64,000 bases of DNA from Eledone cirrhosa (taxonomy: Eukaryota): positions 34,906,001 to 34,970,000 of the forward strand of contig OZ024751.1 of assembly GCA_964016885.1 (NCBI GenBank), in the 5' to 3' direction. The position numbers and the translations under genes were made by a program. Positions 52,900 through 64,000 of the stretch are shown piece by piece (position 1 is the stretch's first letter; the number at the start of each line of letters is the position of its first letter). The notes below the pieces were generated by a model. The model was not told the DNA's origin and did no database searches. It saw only the letters and a program-made list of their open reading frames with translations.

Positions 52900-54000
52900 A
52901 ATAACTACCTTGTTAAATAACTGGATATTCTTCTGATCACATTCATTGAAGACACATAATATTCAAAATTGTAGGGATATCCATCTAAATGTTGAATTCA
53001 GCTTAGAAGGATTTGCTACAACCAAAAAAGAAAAAAAAACAAGATAAACAGAATCTTTTTATTTGTAATTACATAATGAACCGAAACTATAAATCACATT
53101 TTTCTTGGAGCTATGAAATCAATAACGGTCTATTTAACTGTTATATTATGGAGAAAAAAAATTCCCATATTGGCAATATGAACAGAGCTGAATTGTTTAA
53201 CAGCTAAACAATTACACCAACAAGCAATATTTGTTGAATGTAAAGATAATACAAACATTTTTGAAAACAATGAAATTGTGAAACCTCTGCAAATAAACAA
53301 TATTATGTGAGCAAGCTTGTAGATCAGATATGCAATCAACACGTGTCACAACAGGCCGTCATGTTACTAGGTTTTCTCATAGTAGTCCAACTATCAACAA
53401 CAAACAGCAGCAATACACAATCAGTCTGTTGAAATAGTTATGCCGGTGACAAATTTGAAACTATATGTCACAAAAGACTTTACTTCAATTGTTATATCTT
53501 GTAGTCATATTAACCATCAACATAAAAATAACATCAATTAGCTGGAAAAATGAAGAGTATAAGCAAAACTTTCCAAACAGATTAATTTATGTATGACATT
53601 TTTTCCTGGAAAAAGACATAAAATGACAATAATAAACAAGAAACCAAATAAGGAAATACTGTGTGCTATCAACGAAATTAGAGGTGAATATTTACAACAA
53701 ATTAAAAACCCTACAGTTTGGCAAACATCTGTTTATATGTCCTAGCAATGACAGTGAAACATTATCTTGGTGATAATAGAGATGTTAACAGAAACGAAAC
53801 AACCCAGAAAATGACATCATATATTTCAAAAATAAAGAAACGATCTGTGACCTATGGAAAACTATAGGATATATGACATTGCTTATCCGACCTAAACAAA
53901 AACCAAAAATACACTCCTCACCAACAAAGAGTGAATAATAGAATAGAAGTGATGTTTAGAGACAGTACAAATAGAGCTCTTCAATACAAGTTGATCACTC
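52900..54000 (+). mobile_element. Possible highly decayed Penelope-like element (RT and GIY-YIG relic)
   Basis: Fragmentary motifs in the expected order: IGNMNRAEL (like GSYDGAE), I-SCS..N, ICDL, TLL-NK-SE; no open frame. Confidence 0.3.
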
Positions 54001-54044
54001 TCAAACAAGAACTGAGAGCTGTCAGTATATGTGTATATATATTC

Positions 54045-54079
<35 letters not shown>

Positions 54080-54158
54080 GTAATTGGTGTTGGATGCTTA
54101 AAGCGTCTGTATGCGGTAGGCCGTATGAGCACTCGATGCTCTCATAGAGCAGAGTATG

Positions 54159-54379
54159 ATATCACAGAAAAAAAGAGAATCAGTGTTGCGACGAATGGAA
54201 TTTATTGAACATATTACAATCGTTTCTTTGGCGACCAGCTCGAGGCACGATCGATGTGATGATCGAACCTGACTCGGAAAATCGCAAGGTCCTCAGATAC
54301 ATCTTGATTCTATGAAGCAGATTCGTATGTCCAATAAATTCCATTTGTCACAACACTGATTCTCTTTTTTCTGTGATAT
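54159..54379. mobile_element. Foldback element with about 54-bp arms and a minus-strand hammerhead-like fold (54208-54303)
   Basis: Arms 54159-54213 and 54326-54379; minus strand GAUGUAU-CUGAGGA-long stem II-GAAA-CGAUUG-UA-AUAUGUU. Confidence 0.75.
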
Positions 54380-54492
54380 ATATATATACTGTCTAACCCA
54401 TGCTAGCATGGAAGATGGACGTTAAATGATGAGGATAATGATATGTATTATATAAAATAAATGGTAAACTGGCACATACCTTCTTAGGCACT

Positions 54493-56610
54493 TGTAGCGG
54501 TTGTCTCCCTTGTTTTGATTAGGATCTAGACGGGAAGTAGAACCCTTTCTGCAACTTCCGGTCAGAACCCTATAAAACTAACAACTTTAAGCTCCCTTTC
54601 TCTCTTTGCCTTTTCGGCACCAGGTCAAGAGCCTCTCATTGGGCTCCGCCATTCATTTGGCCAACAAGCGCCTGGCCTTAGCCAGGCGTCCTCTGCCAGC
54701 CACCATTGCCTGGCAATCAAAACGGTAACTACTAACTTTGCTTCATTCTAACATCATCCTCATCTTTGACATGTCAACTATACTATCTACCATTGTTAAT
54801 TAAATATTATACACCAAACCATGTATTCCTTGTTACATTCATACAACCCAGTATCCTCGCTATATTGGTAACCCTGACGTGATACGAACACGCAGCCGTT
54901 CATCGCTATAAGTGGTCACCCCCCCCCCAAAAAAGAAAAAAATAGCACATCTGGTTTTGTGAGTAACATTACGAATACACAGCAAATTTAGCGACAAACT
55001 AAATATTACTCAAGGACACGCACATGTGGAATTCGCACAGACAGACTTTTTCTCTCACGCATCAACTAACTGTCGCATTTCACCAATATATATGTTTCTC
55101 GTTTCTTACAACGAACACTTTCAAAACAAAAAAAACAAAAAACATTTCACGATATATATGTATATATGTTTCTCGTGTCTTACAACGAACTCTTTCAAAA
55201 CAACAAAAAAAAAAAAAAAAAGAAATTTGATATTCTTCAAAAAACATTTCAACAGGAACATTTATTTTCGATGAACCATTGCATTTTTGTTCATCGTTTT
55301 CTTCATCGTTCAAGTTTTTTGTTTTTTTCCAAAGTTCACACCAATAATTATGCTGAGTGAAGCCTTTATTTTTCATCATTGTCACTTTCAAAATTGCACT
55401 ATCATTTTCTCGCGCGTTAGAAATATTATTTTTTTCAACCTTGTATTGGCACGTGTAGGCAGCACAAATTCTCGATTCACAGAGATGTCTCTACTCACAG
55501 ACAGCCGCACGCCAGAGATAACATTTCTCGCCAAGGATTCTTCAGCCTTAAGCTATATTCTTCTATTTGCCGGTTTATAAATTTACAATGTAAATTTACC
55601 GTTGATAACCGCGCATTTATTAGGAATGCTTATTTCTCTGGTCGCTGGCCTCTTGACCCTTCCAGGTCAACGCATTCTCAACATCGACCATCAACTTCGG
55701 CTGCTATTTCTAGCACTTTGCGCAACTCACTTTTTCTAAAAAAAATTTTTTTACTGTGAATTTAAACACCGAATACGCTCACTCAGCGAGGCAACAGCAA
55801 TATAACAGCAACAGCAATACATCAACACAGCTTCACCAAAGCCAGAGAATTTATTTTTGCAGCACTCTTCCTGTGAGAAAATCCATTCGGAAGTTGGAAA
55901 TTTCACGATATACCACAGAACAGAAACCACCTGCATTCATTCTCTGGAACACACTTTCTTTCCTGCTGTCATGTGATTGCACACCTGTGAACTATATTTT
56001 GTACATTTGAACTTTGAGCTCTCCTATTACTTTTACTTTATTACATTGTATCTTTGGGTGATGGATGGATGGATGTCCAGTCGTTCTCTGGCCAAGAGCG
56101 GTTGGCTACCTTGATATCTATCATTGATTTTTCCAAACATTCTTTTGTCGTAATTTTCATGCCTGTTACAACATTCTCGCCAACTTGCTACATATTTTCA
56201 TTTCGATTTTTATACACTAAAATTCTGGCGGGAGGTTATGTAGCGGTTGTCTCCCTTGTTTTGATTAGGATCTAGACGGGAAGTAGAACCCTTTCTGCAA
56301 CTTCCGGTCAGAACCCTATAAAACTAACAACTTTAAGCTCCCTTTCTCTCTTTGCCTTTTCGGCACCAGGTCAAGAGCCTCTCATTGGGCTCCGCCATTC
56401 ATTTGGCCAACAGGCGCCTGGCCTTAGCCAGGCGTCCTCTGCCAGCCACCATTGCCTGGCAATCAAAACGGTAACTACTAACTTTGCTTCATTCTAACAT
56501 CATCCTCATCTTTGACATGTCAACTATACTATCTACCATTGTTAATTAAATATTATACACCAAACCATGTATTCCTTGTTACATTCATACAACCCAGAAT
56601 CTTCGCTATA
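54493..56610 (+). mobile_element. Young non-autonomous LTR retrotransposon (TRIM/LARD-like)
   Basis: 372-bp LTRs at 54493-54864 and 56239-56610 (about 3 differences seen), TGTAGCG..CGCTATA ends, CACT TSD, tRNA-Trp PBS at 54866, purine-rich tract before the 3' LTR, no recognisable ORF. Confidence 0.93.
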
Positions 56611-56997
56611 CACTCAAAGTTCCCAAAGTAAGTTTGTCTTACTTCATTCATCAGTGATTGGAAAGTCATTACTGATTGCTGATGAATGAAGTAAGATCAA
56701 CTTATTTCGTGAAAACTTGGAGTACCTAGGAAGGTATGTGCCAGCTTCCCATGTATTTTATATAATATATTATATATACCTCTATGATTACATATTGAGG
56801 GCTCTTTCCTTACAACCACACATTTTCCGATTCCGTCCCTTCAATCTTTCTTCTGATGAAGGACTAGTATCCAAACGTTAAGACCCTCTTCCTTCTATTT
56901 GAAGCATTAAACTAATATATTCCTTCCATATACTGTACCTATTGTGCTGTTATTTCTGTTTACCTTTTACATACATATTTATATATATATATATATA

Positions 56998-57210
56998 TAA
57001 AATTGAAAAAATGTGAAGAATAACATGGTCAACAGTACAAAAAAGGGGAATTTATTTACAGTCTAACAATTGTTTCTTTGATTGAGTTGTCTAAAAATTG
57101 CTGAACACTAGAAGCAGTGCCACTCAATTTTAAATACGATGCTAACTCAATCAATCATGTCATCATTTGTACTGTTGACCATGTTATTCTTCACATTTTT
57201 TCAATTTTAT
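56998..57210. mobile_element. Foldback element with about 44-bp arms and a truncated hammerhead relic
   Basis: TAAAATTGAAAAAATGTGAAGAATAACATGGTCAACAGTACAAA and its reverse complement; minus strand has UGAUGA..11-bp stem..GAAA-CAAUUG-U. Confidence 0.7.
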
Positions 57211-57580
57211 TACTCCAAGATAAACTTAAATAGGAATACAAGTTAAATCATAAACTCGCCACCTACGTAAACCTCTTGTTGAGTCAAACAAAGACGTATG
57301 CTAAAACTATCCATAATAAGAAATATTCACAACCTCTAACTTGATTACCTATAACGATATTTTGTTATCCCTTATATATATATATATATATATATAACAA
57401 GCTACCTCATAGTTTCCATCTACCAAATTTCACTCAGTAAGAATTGGTCAAAGAACTATAGTAGAAAACATTTACTCAAGACGCTGCAGTGTGCGACAGA
57501 AGCTGAAACTACATGGTTATAACTTTCTTATATTTGTACCATAAATATAATACTCTCCCGTTTTTGTTTTTTTTTATTAG

Positions 57581-57642
57581 AATCCTGAAGAATCGAGTAT
57601 GTAAAGGTGTGCCGTCTGTGGAAGTTGAATGGACGATTTCAG
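57581..57642 (+). CDS. GEN1: GEN1 exon 9 (chromodomain start)
   Basis: (K)ILKNRVCKGVPSVEVEWTIS(G), similar to IVKTRIRNGVHCFEIEW of human GEN1 as recalled. Confidence 0.9.
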
Positions 57643-57762
57643 GTTAGTAATTCTTTTTTTCATTTTATTCATTTTATTCATTTTATTCATGGTAATCTTT
57701 AGAATATTGGTGATGATGATGATATATATAAATGAGTGTCTTTTTTTTTGTCTTTTTTGAAG

Positions 57763-57882
57763 GCTCATCCTCAAATGAAGTTTATGTTACAGTCGAGAAC
57801 AAAGAAATGATCAACCAGTGTTTTCCTCATCTATTCAAACAGTTTTTGCAAGAGTTGAACAAGAACACAAAGACAAAAACTG
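57763..57882 (+). CDS. GEN1: GEN1 exon 10
   Basis: SSSNEVYVTVENKEMINQCFPHLFKQF..KTKT; phases 1 and 1. Confidence 0.88.
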
Positions 57883-57924
57883 GTTTGTTGTTTATTCATT
57901 GTACAAATTATAGGGTTAGCTTTT

Positions 57925-58152
57925 GTCATATACCTATATATGGCCAGGTGTGGTCAGTAATGATCATATACCTGTATATGTTCATATGTTGTCACATACC
58001 TGTGTATTTTCAGATGCCATATACCTGTGTATGTTCAGGTCTCGTACACCTGTATATGTTCATATGTTATATACCTGTGTATGTTCAGATGTTGTCATAC
58101 ACCTGTGTATGTCCAGGTGTTGTACATCTGTATATGTTCAGATGTTGTCATA
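57925..58152. repeat. Minisatellite of about 28-bp units
   Basis: Degenerate units resembling GTCATATACCTGTGTATGTTCAGATGTT. Confidence 0.85.
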
Positions 58153-58306
58153 TATAAGGGCCAAAACACTTGCATGAGCAGGGTTTCTTCTCTGAAGACC
58201 TGCTGACACATTTATGTATATCTGTATGTGTGTGTATATATATATAGAGAGAGAGAGATATAATAGAAAAAACGAAGTTTCGTTTACATATGAAAAATCT
58301 TTATTG

Positions 58307-58338
<32 letters not shown>

Positions 58339-61222
58339 ACGTTTAACGTCCGTGTTCCACGCTTGCATGGGTTTGGACGGAGGTAGTCCCACTTGAGGCA
58401 AGAGTGATTGTCTTGCTCGCATAGGACTGTCTGGCAGGTTTTCTACAGTTGGATGCCCTTCCTAACACCAACCACATTTACAGTGTGGGTCTGGGAGGTT
58501 TTTACCGTGTTGCCTACACGGCCACATTACAGCGTGGACTGTGTGTTTTTTTGTCGTGACACCTACACGATCTCATTTGTTTCGGCCTGGATGGCGCGGC
58601 ACCAACATAACTTTACATAGAACGGGGTGGTGTGGATGGGGTTGGGGGTTGGGGGTGGGACGGGGTGTATTTTGTTAGAGATGCCTACTGGCTGTAGTAG
58701 GTTTTACTATGTATTTAGGTAAGGCGGGTCTTCTCTGTTGCTGAGTACCGCCAAAGGTCTCGGTCCAGTGACATTGTCTTGGAGAGGTGTAAGTGTGTGA
58801 GGTCGGAGTTTATCAGCTCGTCCCAGGTTTTTCTAGGTCTGCCTATTCCGTGGCTACCGTCTATCTTTATTGCCCTGCACTTTGTTATACAGCTATCGAC
58901 TTTCATGCGCATCACGTGTCCATACCAACGTAGCCTTCTCTCGAGTAAACAACATCTGATCCCTCTTATTTCTAATTTTTTCCTTAGTTTGTTTATGCTT
59001 TGCCGTTCACGTATATTGCTGTTACACATCCAGCGGAGCATGCAAGCTTCGTTCCTCTCTAGTCTGCGTATATCCTCTGCACACAATGCCCAGGTCTCAC
59101 TGCCATGCAACATTGCTGTTCGTATGCAGGCATCGTACAACCTGCCTTTCATTTTTAGGGAGAACCCTTTAGCAGCTAATAGTGGTATAAGCTCTCTGAA
59201 CTTTTTCCAACCAGTTCTGACTCTAGCTACTGTACTTTCAGAGCACCCTCCCCCACTGCTGATTTTATCGCCCAGGTAACGGAAGCTGTCCACTATTTCT
59301 ATAGAACCCTCTGCGCAATTGAAAGAGCTAGTATTTTGTGGGCACTTGCTGCTACTTATTGCACCAGAGCACCGGCCACATGTAAAATCTATGTTCTTAG
59401 TTAGCTTACCTGTGATCCCACTACATCTTTTATGCACCCATACTTTGCATTTAGGACATAAAATGGAGTTTCTACCTATGCCTTTCCTACACACTGAGCA
59501 TGACCATTTCCCAGAAGGGACCGCCGCCTTATTTTATTTCCTACAAACTAGAACTTTAGTCTTAGCCAGGTTAATTTTAAGTCCTTTTGATTCTAGGCCG
59601 TGCTTCCATGTTTGGAATTTCTTCTCTAGCTCGGCCATTGATTCAGCTATGAGTGTCAGGTCGTCTGTGTATAGGAGTTCCCATGGGCAGCCGGTCTTGA
59701 ACTCCTCTGTTATAGCCTGAAGGGCAATAATAAATAGTAGGGGGCTGAGAACAGAGCCCTGATGGACACCAACTTTTACGCTAAACTCTTCACTATATTC
59801 GTTGTTAATTCTAACCTTGCTGACTGTTTCTTTATACATGGCTTGTATAGCTCTCACAAGCCATTTGTCAACGCCTAGTTTTCTAAGAGCCCACCAGATA
59901 ATGGAGCGGGGGACTCTGTCGAAGGCTTTCTCCAAGTCGACAAAAGCTAAGTAGAGGGGTTTACCTTTAGCTAGGTACTTCTCCTGTAGTTGTCGTACAA
60001 TGAAAAGAGCGTCTGTGGTACTTTTGCCTGACACAAACCCGAACTGCATTTCATCTAGGTCAATTCTCTCTCTGATTAGTTGCGCTATTACTTTTTCCGT
60101 GACCTTCATGACCTAGTCGATTAATTTAATGCCTCTATAGTTACTCCTATCTAGGGCGTCTCCTTTACCCTTATAACAGTTAACGATGATGCTGCTATGC
60201 CAGTCCTTCGGAACAACCCCATTCTGTACGACTTGGTTAACTATGCGGGTGACCATGGTGTGTCCCACCGTGCCAGATGCCTTCAGCATCTCAGCAACTA
60301 TTTCCGAAGGCCCAGCCGCCTTACCCGTCTTCATATCCTTGATTGCCTTACTTATTATACTCCCTTCGACTAACACTGCTGGTCCCTCTATTGGGTCGAT
60401 ATGGGGGAGACTGTCTTTTTCCCATTTATTCTCCTCATTTAGTAGCCTTTCATAGTGACACTTCCAAGCTACCTTCCTATCAGCGTCGGTGATGGCAAGT
60501 GTGCCATCGTCGTTTAGTACACACTTCTCCCCGACAATATCACGGTTTTCCTTGACGCATTGCCTAGCAATCCTGAACACCTCACGTTTTTGGTCCTCGC
60601 GTTGTAGAACATGCTTGAACTTTCTTTCCTCTGCTTCCCTTCTTGCTAAGTACACTTGTCTCCTAGCTTCCCTCCTGGCCACTTGATAGTCTCTACTTCC
60701 CCCATCCCGCCATACTTTCCAAGCCTGCTTTTTGGCCTTAATTGACCCCTCCACCTTACTGTTCCACCACCATGTTACTCTCCTCCTGCCTACAGGCCTG
60801 CTCCAGCCACAGACTTCGTCTGTTGCCATCAGCAGGTTTGCTTTCAGAAATTCCCACTGTCCCTCTATATTGTCCGACTCTAAATGCTCTTCCTTACTGT
60901 CGAAAGCATCAAGTAATATGCTTTGAAATTTATTTCTGGCTGTGGGGTCCTTTAGCTTCCATATTTTTCTCCTGAGGATAGTCCTCTTCTGCTGTCGAGT
61001 ACGTCTCGTCCTGACTATGAGGTCGCTAATTATCAGTCTATGTTGGGAGGTGCATTCTTCATGGGGGAGGGATTTAGTGTTTACAACAGACACTCTGTCA
61101 CGTCTTCTGGTAAGGATATAATCTACCTGGCTTGTGTGTTCCCCGGATCTATAGGTGATCAGGTGATTGTCACGTTTTTTGAAGTTAGTGTTACAGATAG
61201 TTAGGTTATTTGCGTCACAGCA
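58307..61222 (-). mobile_element. RTE LINE (family B): C-terminal APE, RT, PHD-like finger, 3' UTR and tail
   Basis: SQVDYIL..SQHRLI (APE end); RT with YTDD; two in-frame stops; (TGA)n tail; near-identical to 4489-6007; 5' end abuts (TA)n. Confidence 0.96.
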
Positions 61223-61240
61223 TATATATATATATATATA

Positions 61241-61284
<44 letters not shown>

Positions 61285-61819
61285 TATATAGATATAAAGA
61301 TATATGCCAGTACCACAATAAAATGTTCACAGCCCTTTAGTCATACTGGTGCCATGATGAAATATGCAGAGTAGATTGATTTGGTGTTAATAAGCATATG
61401 AAGCTGTAGAAACCATGCCAAAATGGAATGTATGAGCAAGATATGGGGACCTGACCAATCTAGTCTCAGAATGTGTTGACCTGTCCAACACCTGCTAACA
61501 GAAAGTGGACACAAAATGATGACTATACACACACACACATATATATTTATGTATATGATACACACACACGTGTCATGATAAAATGCACCCAGTCCATACT
61601 GTAAAGTGATGTAGGCATCACAACAAAAAGCACTCAGTACTCACTGTAAATGATGTTGGCACTAGGAAGGGCATCCATCTCTGGAAACCAAGCCAAAATC
61701 ATTTCTGTATGAGCAAGACATGGTCACTTAACCTGGTATTCCTTACAACCAGATAATTTGTGTAATCCATTCCAGTGTGGAAAAGTGGACATTAAACGGT
61801 GATGATGATATGTATATAT

Positions 61820-62301
61820 ACTAGCCAAATTACCCGTGCCTTGCTGCGTTTCACATTTTTTTTGTAAGAAAATGAGGATTGATTTTAAATCAGTGATATA
61901 ATTTATGGAGAAAAACTCTGCATTTCAATATTATTCAATGTAAAATGTAATGCATGAAAAATTGGGAAAACATTATTTTTTGTAATATATCAAATCAAAA
62001 TTACATTATTAAATCTTATTCTTATTTTGTTTCTTGTAAATAATTTTTTCCAAATATCAATTCAAAACTTTTGTGAATAGGCATCATATCTTGTCATTTA
62101 CCTATGGTTTAAATTTCATATAAATTGAAGGGAAAAAATTTACAACATGAATTTGTGCCCCCGGGGAACCCTTTGATTAAAATGAAATATACTTATTCAA
62201 GTACCCTGGGCAATGTAGTTTCAGAATATATATGGTTATGGGGGTCTATCTCCCAAACTATAGGAGTTCGTGAACAGACAAACAGACAGGAACTACAACT
62301 T
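61820..62301 (+). mobile_element. Possible non-autonomous Helentron/HINE-like element
   Basis: Starts ACTAGC..ACCCGTGCCTTGC and has an ACAG microsatellite near its end; interrupted by an RTE tail. Confidence 0.4.
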
Positions 62302-62690
62302 TCATCATCATCATCATCACCGTTTTACGTCCGTTCTTCCACGCTAGCATGGGTTAGACGGGTTGTCCTGTTGTGGGCAGTGTCTGGTCGACTGACCATG
62401 CCTTGCTCATACAGGAACTGATTTGGCTTGATTTCTACAGCTGGATGCCCTTCCTAACACCAACCTCATTTACAGTGAGTGCTGGGTGCTTTTTCGTGGC
62501 GCCTACACGTCCACTTTACAGTGCGGGCTGGGTGCTTTTTTGCCGTGGCACCTCCACGACCACCTTGCGGTGGGGGGGGGGGGGGGGGGGGGGCATATTG
62601 TCTATATGCTTCAGCTTGTACCCATGGGAGGTCGGGTACTCTGTATTACTGCGTGACGCCAGAAGTCACGGTCGTGTGTCATTGCCTTTA
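62302..62690 (-). mobile_element. RTE 3' UTR fragment (family C)
   Basis: Near-identical reverse complement of about 8563-8945, including the poly-G/C tract and (TGA)n tail. Confidence 0.92.
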
Positions 62691-63118
62691 TATATATATC
62701 TAGGGCGGGTAAAATTTCCGAGATATATTTATATATATAATTGTTTATCTACATGAACAGGAGTGACATGTGCAGCCGGGTTGGTAGTGGTATCTTGACT
62801 GGCAGGTGTAAAATCTGTCAGCTGAAATTTGCAGACGACATGGTGTTACTTAACTCAACAAATGATGTTCTTTAACTTGCACTCAATAGGTTTCATGCCA
62901 AGTGATGCATGGCTGGAATGAAAATCAGTGTTGCGAAAACTGAGACACTTGTCCTCTCAAGGAAGCTTGCGCAGTGCACTCTACATGTGAATGGAGTTCC
63001 ACCGAAGCAAGTAGTGGGCTGTGTTCATGAGTGATGGGCGAAGAAGAATATATAATTGTGTTTTATGAAGCATATTTATCATATCTTCCTCAACACTCTA
63101 TCTCATTTCTCTTTTCAG

Positions 63119-64000
63119 CTTCCAGAATTAAAACCAAGAAAGACAACTCTGTCCTTGATGAACATTTGCCTCTTAAAGAGAGAATAAAGGACACTTACAT
63201 GCCAACTGAAAATCATAAACCAAATAAGGAAATATCAAAACAATTACCATCACTTACCAATTCCATTGCCAATGAAACAGAAACTGATTCTGAAACCACA
63301 AAACCAGTGGAACTATGCTCCAAAAGCAGTGACCGAATCCTAAGTTTTACAAGTCTATTGACATATTCATCTGATCAACAGACCAATTCCAAGAGTGACA
63401 GAACCACCTCTAGCAATAGATTAATTTGTAATTTAAAAAGAAATTTTTGTCTGGAAATTGACTCTTCTAATGATGAAGACTCTGATGATAGTCTCTATCT
63501 TCCCGTTTCTCACAAACTATTTAACCGTTACCAAATTGATAACGAGTCTGAAAATGAAGACAGCTTTAATTCTGATGATAAGGATCATTTCTTAAATTTG
63601 TCTCAAGCTCCATGTGATGACAACAGCAATAAACCGAATCAGTCCAAACAATTAGAAGCACTGAATGCAAAGAAAAAATTTTCTGGAAATCTCTCATATA
63701 TGCCTACAGATCATTCTGGTAATTGTCAACTGTTATCCAAAACAGATGAAATAACTGAAGAATTCTCCATGTTGAATGTAAATGATGTAGCAGATAGCAT
63801 GTCGTCTGTAATGGTTGCTCCTCACCTCTCTATTGATACTGAAGAAAGTTCACTTAGTGCTGATGCTGTACTGAGATCATTCAGTACAGTTCCTCCACAG
63901 TTGTGTACTGATGTTGTGGAGGGGTCATTCAGTACAGTTCCTACACAGTTGTGTACTGATGTTGTGGAGGAGTCATTCAGTACAGTTTCTACACAGTTGT
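63119..64000 (+). CDS. GEN1: GEN1 exon 11, low-complexity C-terminal tail (runs off window)
   Basis: Polypyrimidine-CAG acceptor, phase 1 matches exon 10, open frame to the window end, acidic/Ser-rich. Confidence 0.85.
63877..64000 (+). repeat. 48-bp in-frame coding tandem repeat
   Basis: SFSTVPPQLCTDVVEG / SFSTVPTQLCTDVVEE / SFSTVSTQL. Confidence 0.9.

Noticed and set aside
55515-55550. CUGAAGA..GAAA on the minus strand inside the LTR element
   Set aside because: Stems I and II do not pair convincingly.
54960-56230. Short ORFs in the LTR element interior
   Set aside because: Low complexity, with no gag, protease, RT or integrase motifs recognised.
57925-58152. Regular repeats of about 28 bp resembling a CRISPR array
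   Set aside because: No unique spacers, eukaryotic intron, no cas genes; it is a minisatellite.

Overview
Eukaryotic, AT-rich, repeat-dense animal DNA; the (TA)n arrays and repeat content suggest a cephalopod such as Octopus (inference). Three spliced genes were assembled by hand from splice sites. (1) One coding exon of a KIAA2026/BRD10-like bromodomain gene on the minus strand. (2) A complete 4-exon p24-gamma/TMED1/5-like gene of 227 aa, head-to-head with gene 1. (3) An 11-exon GEN1 Holliday-junction resolvase that runs off the window end. Introns and intergenic DNA hold multi-kb interrupted (TA)n arrays, RTE LINE copies with a PHD-like finger, CR1, R4/Dong and CRE-like LINE relics, a Tc1/mariner relic, tRNA-derived SINEs, MITEs, a solo LTR and a young non-coding LTR element with an unusually long tRNA-Trp PBS. 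The most notable signal is a set of short non-coding inverted-repeat (foldback) elements next to (TA)n tracts that carry type I hammerhead ribozyme folds, several with intact cores (3711-3753, 21293-21358, 21427-21492, 29576-29624). They are probably Penelope-like-element or retrozyme-related. All folds and homologies were read by eye, not computed.
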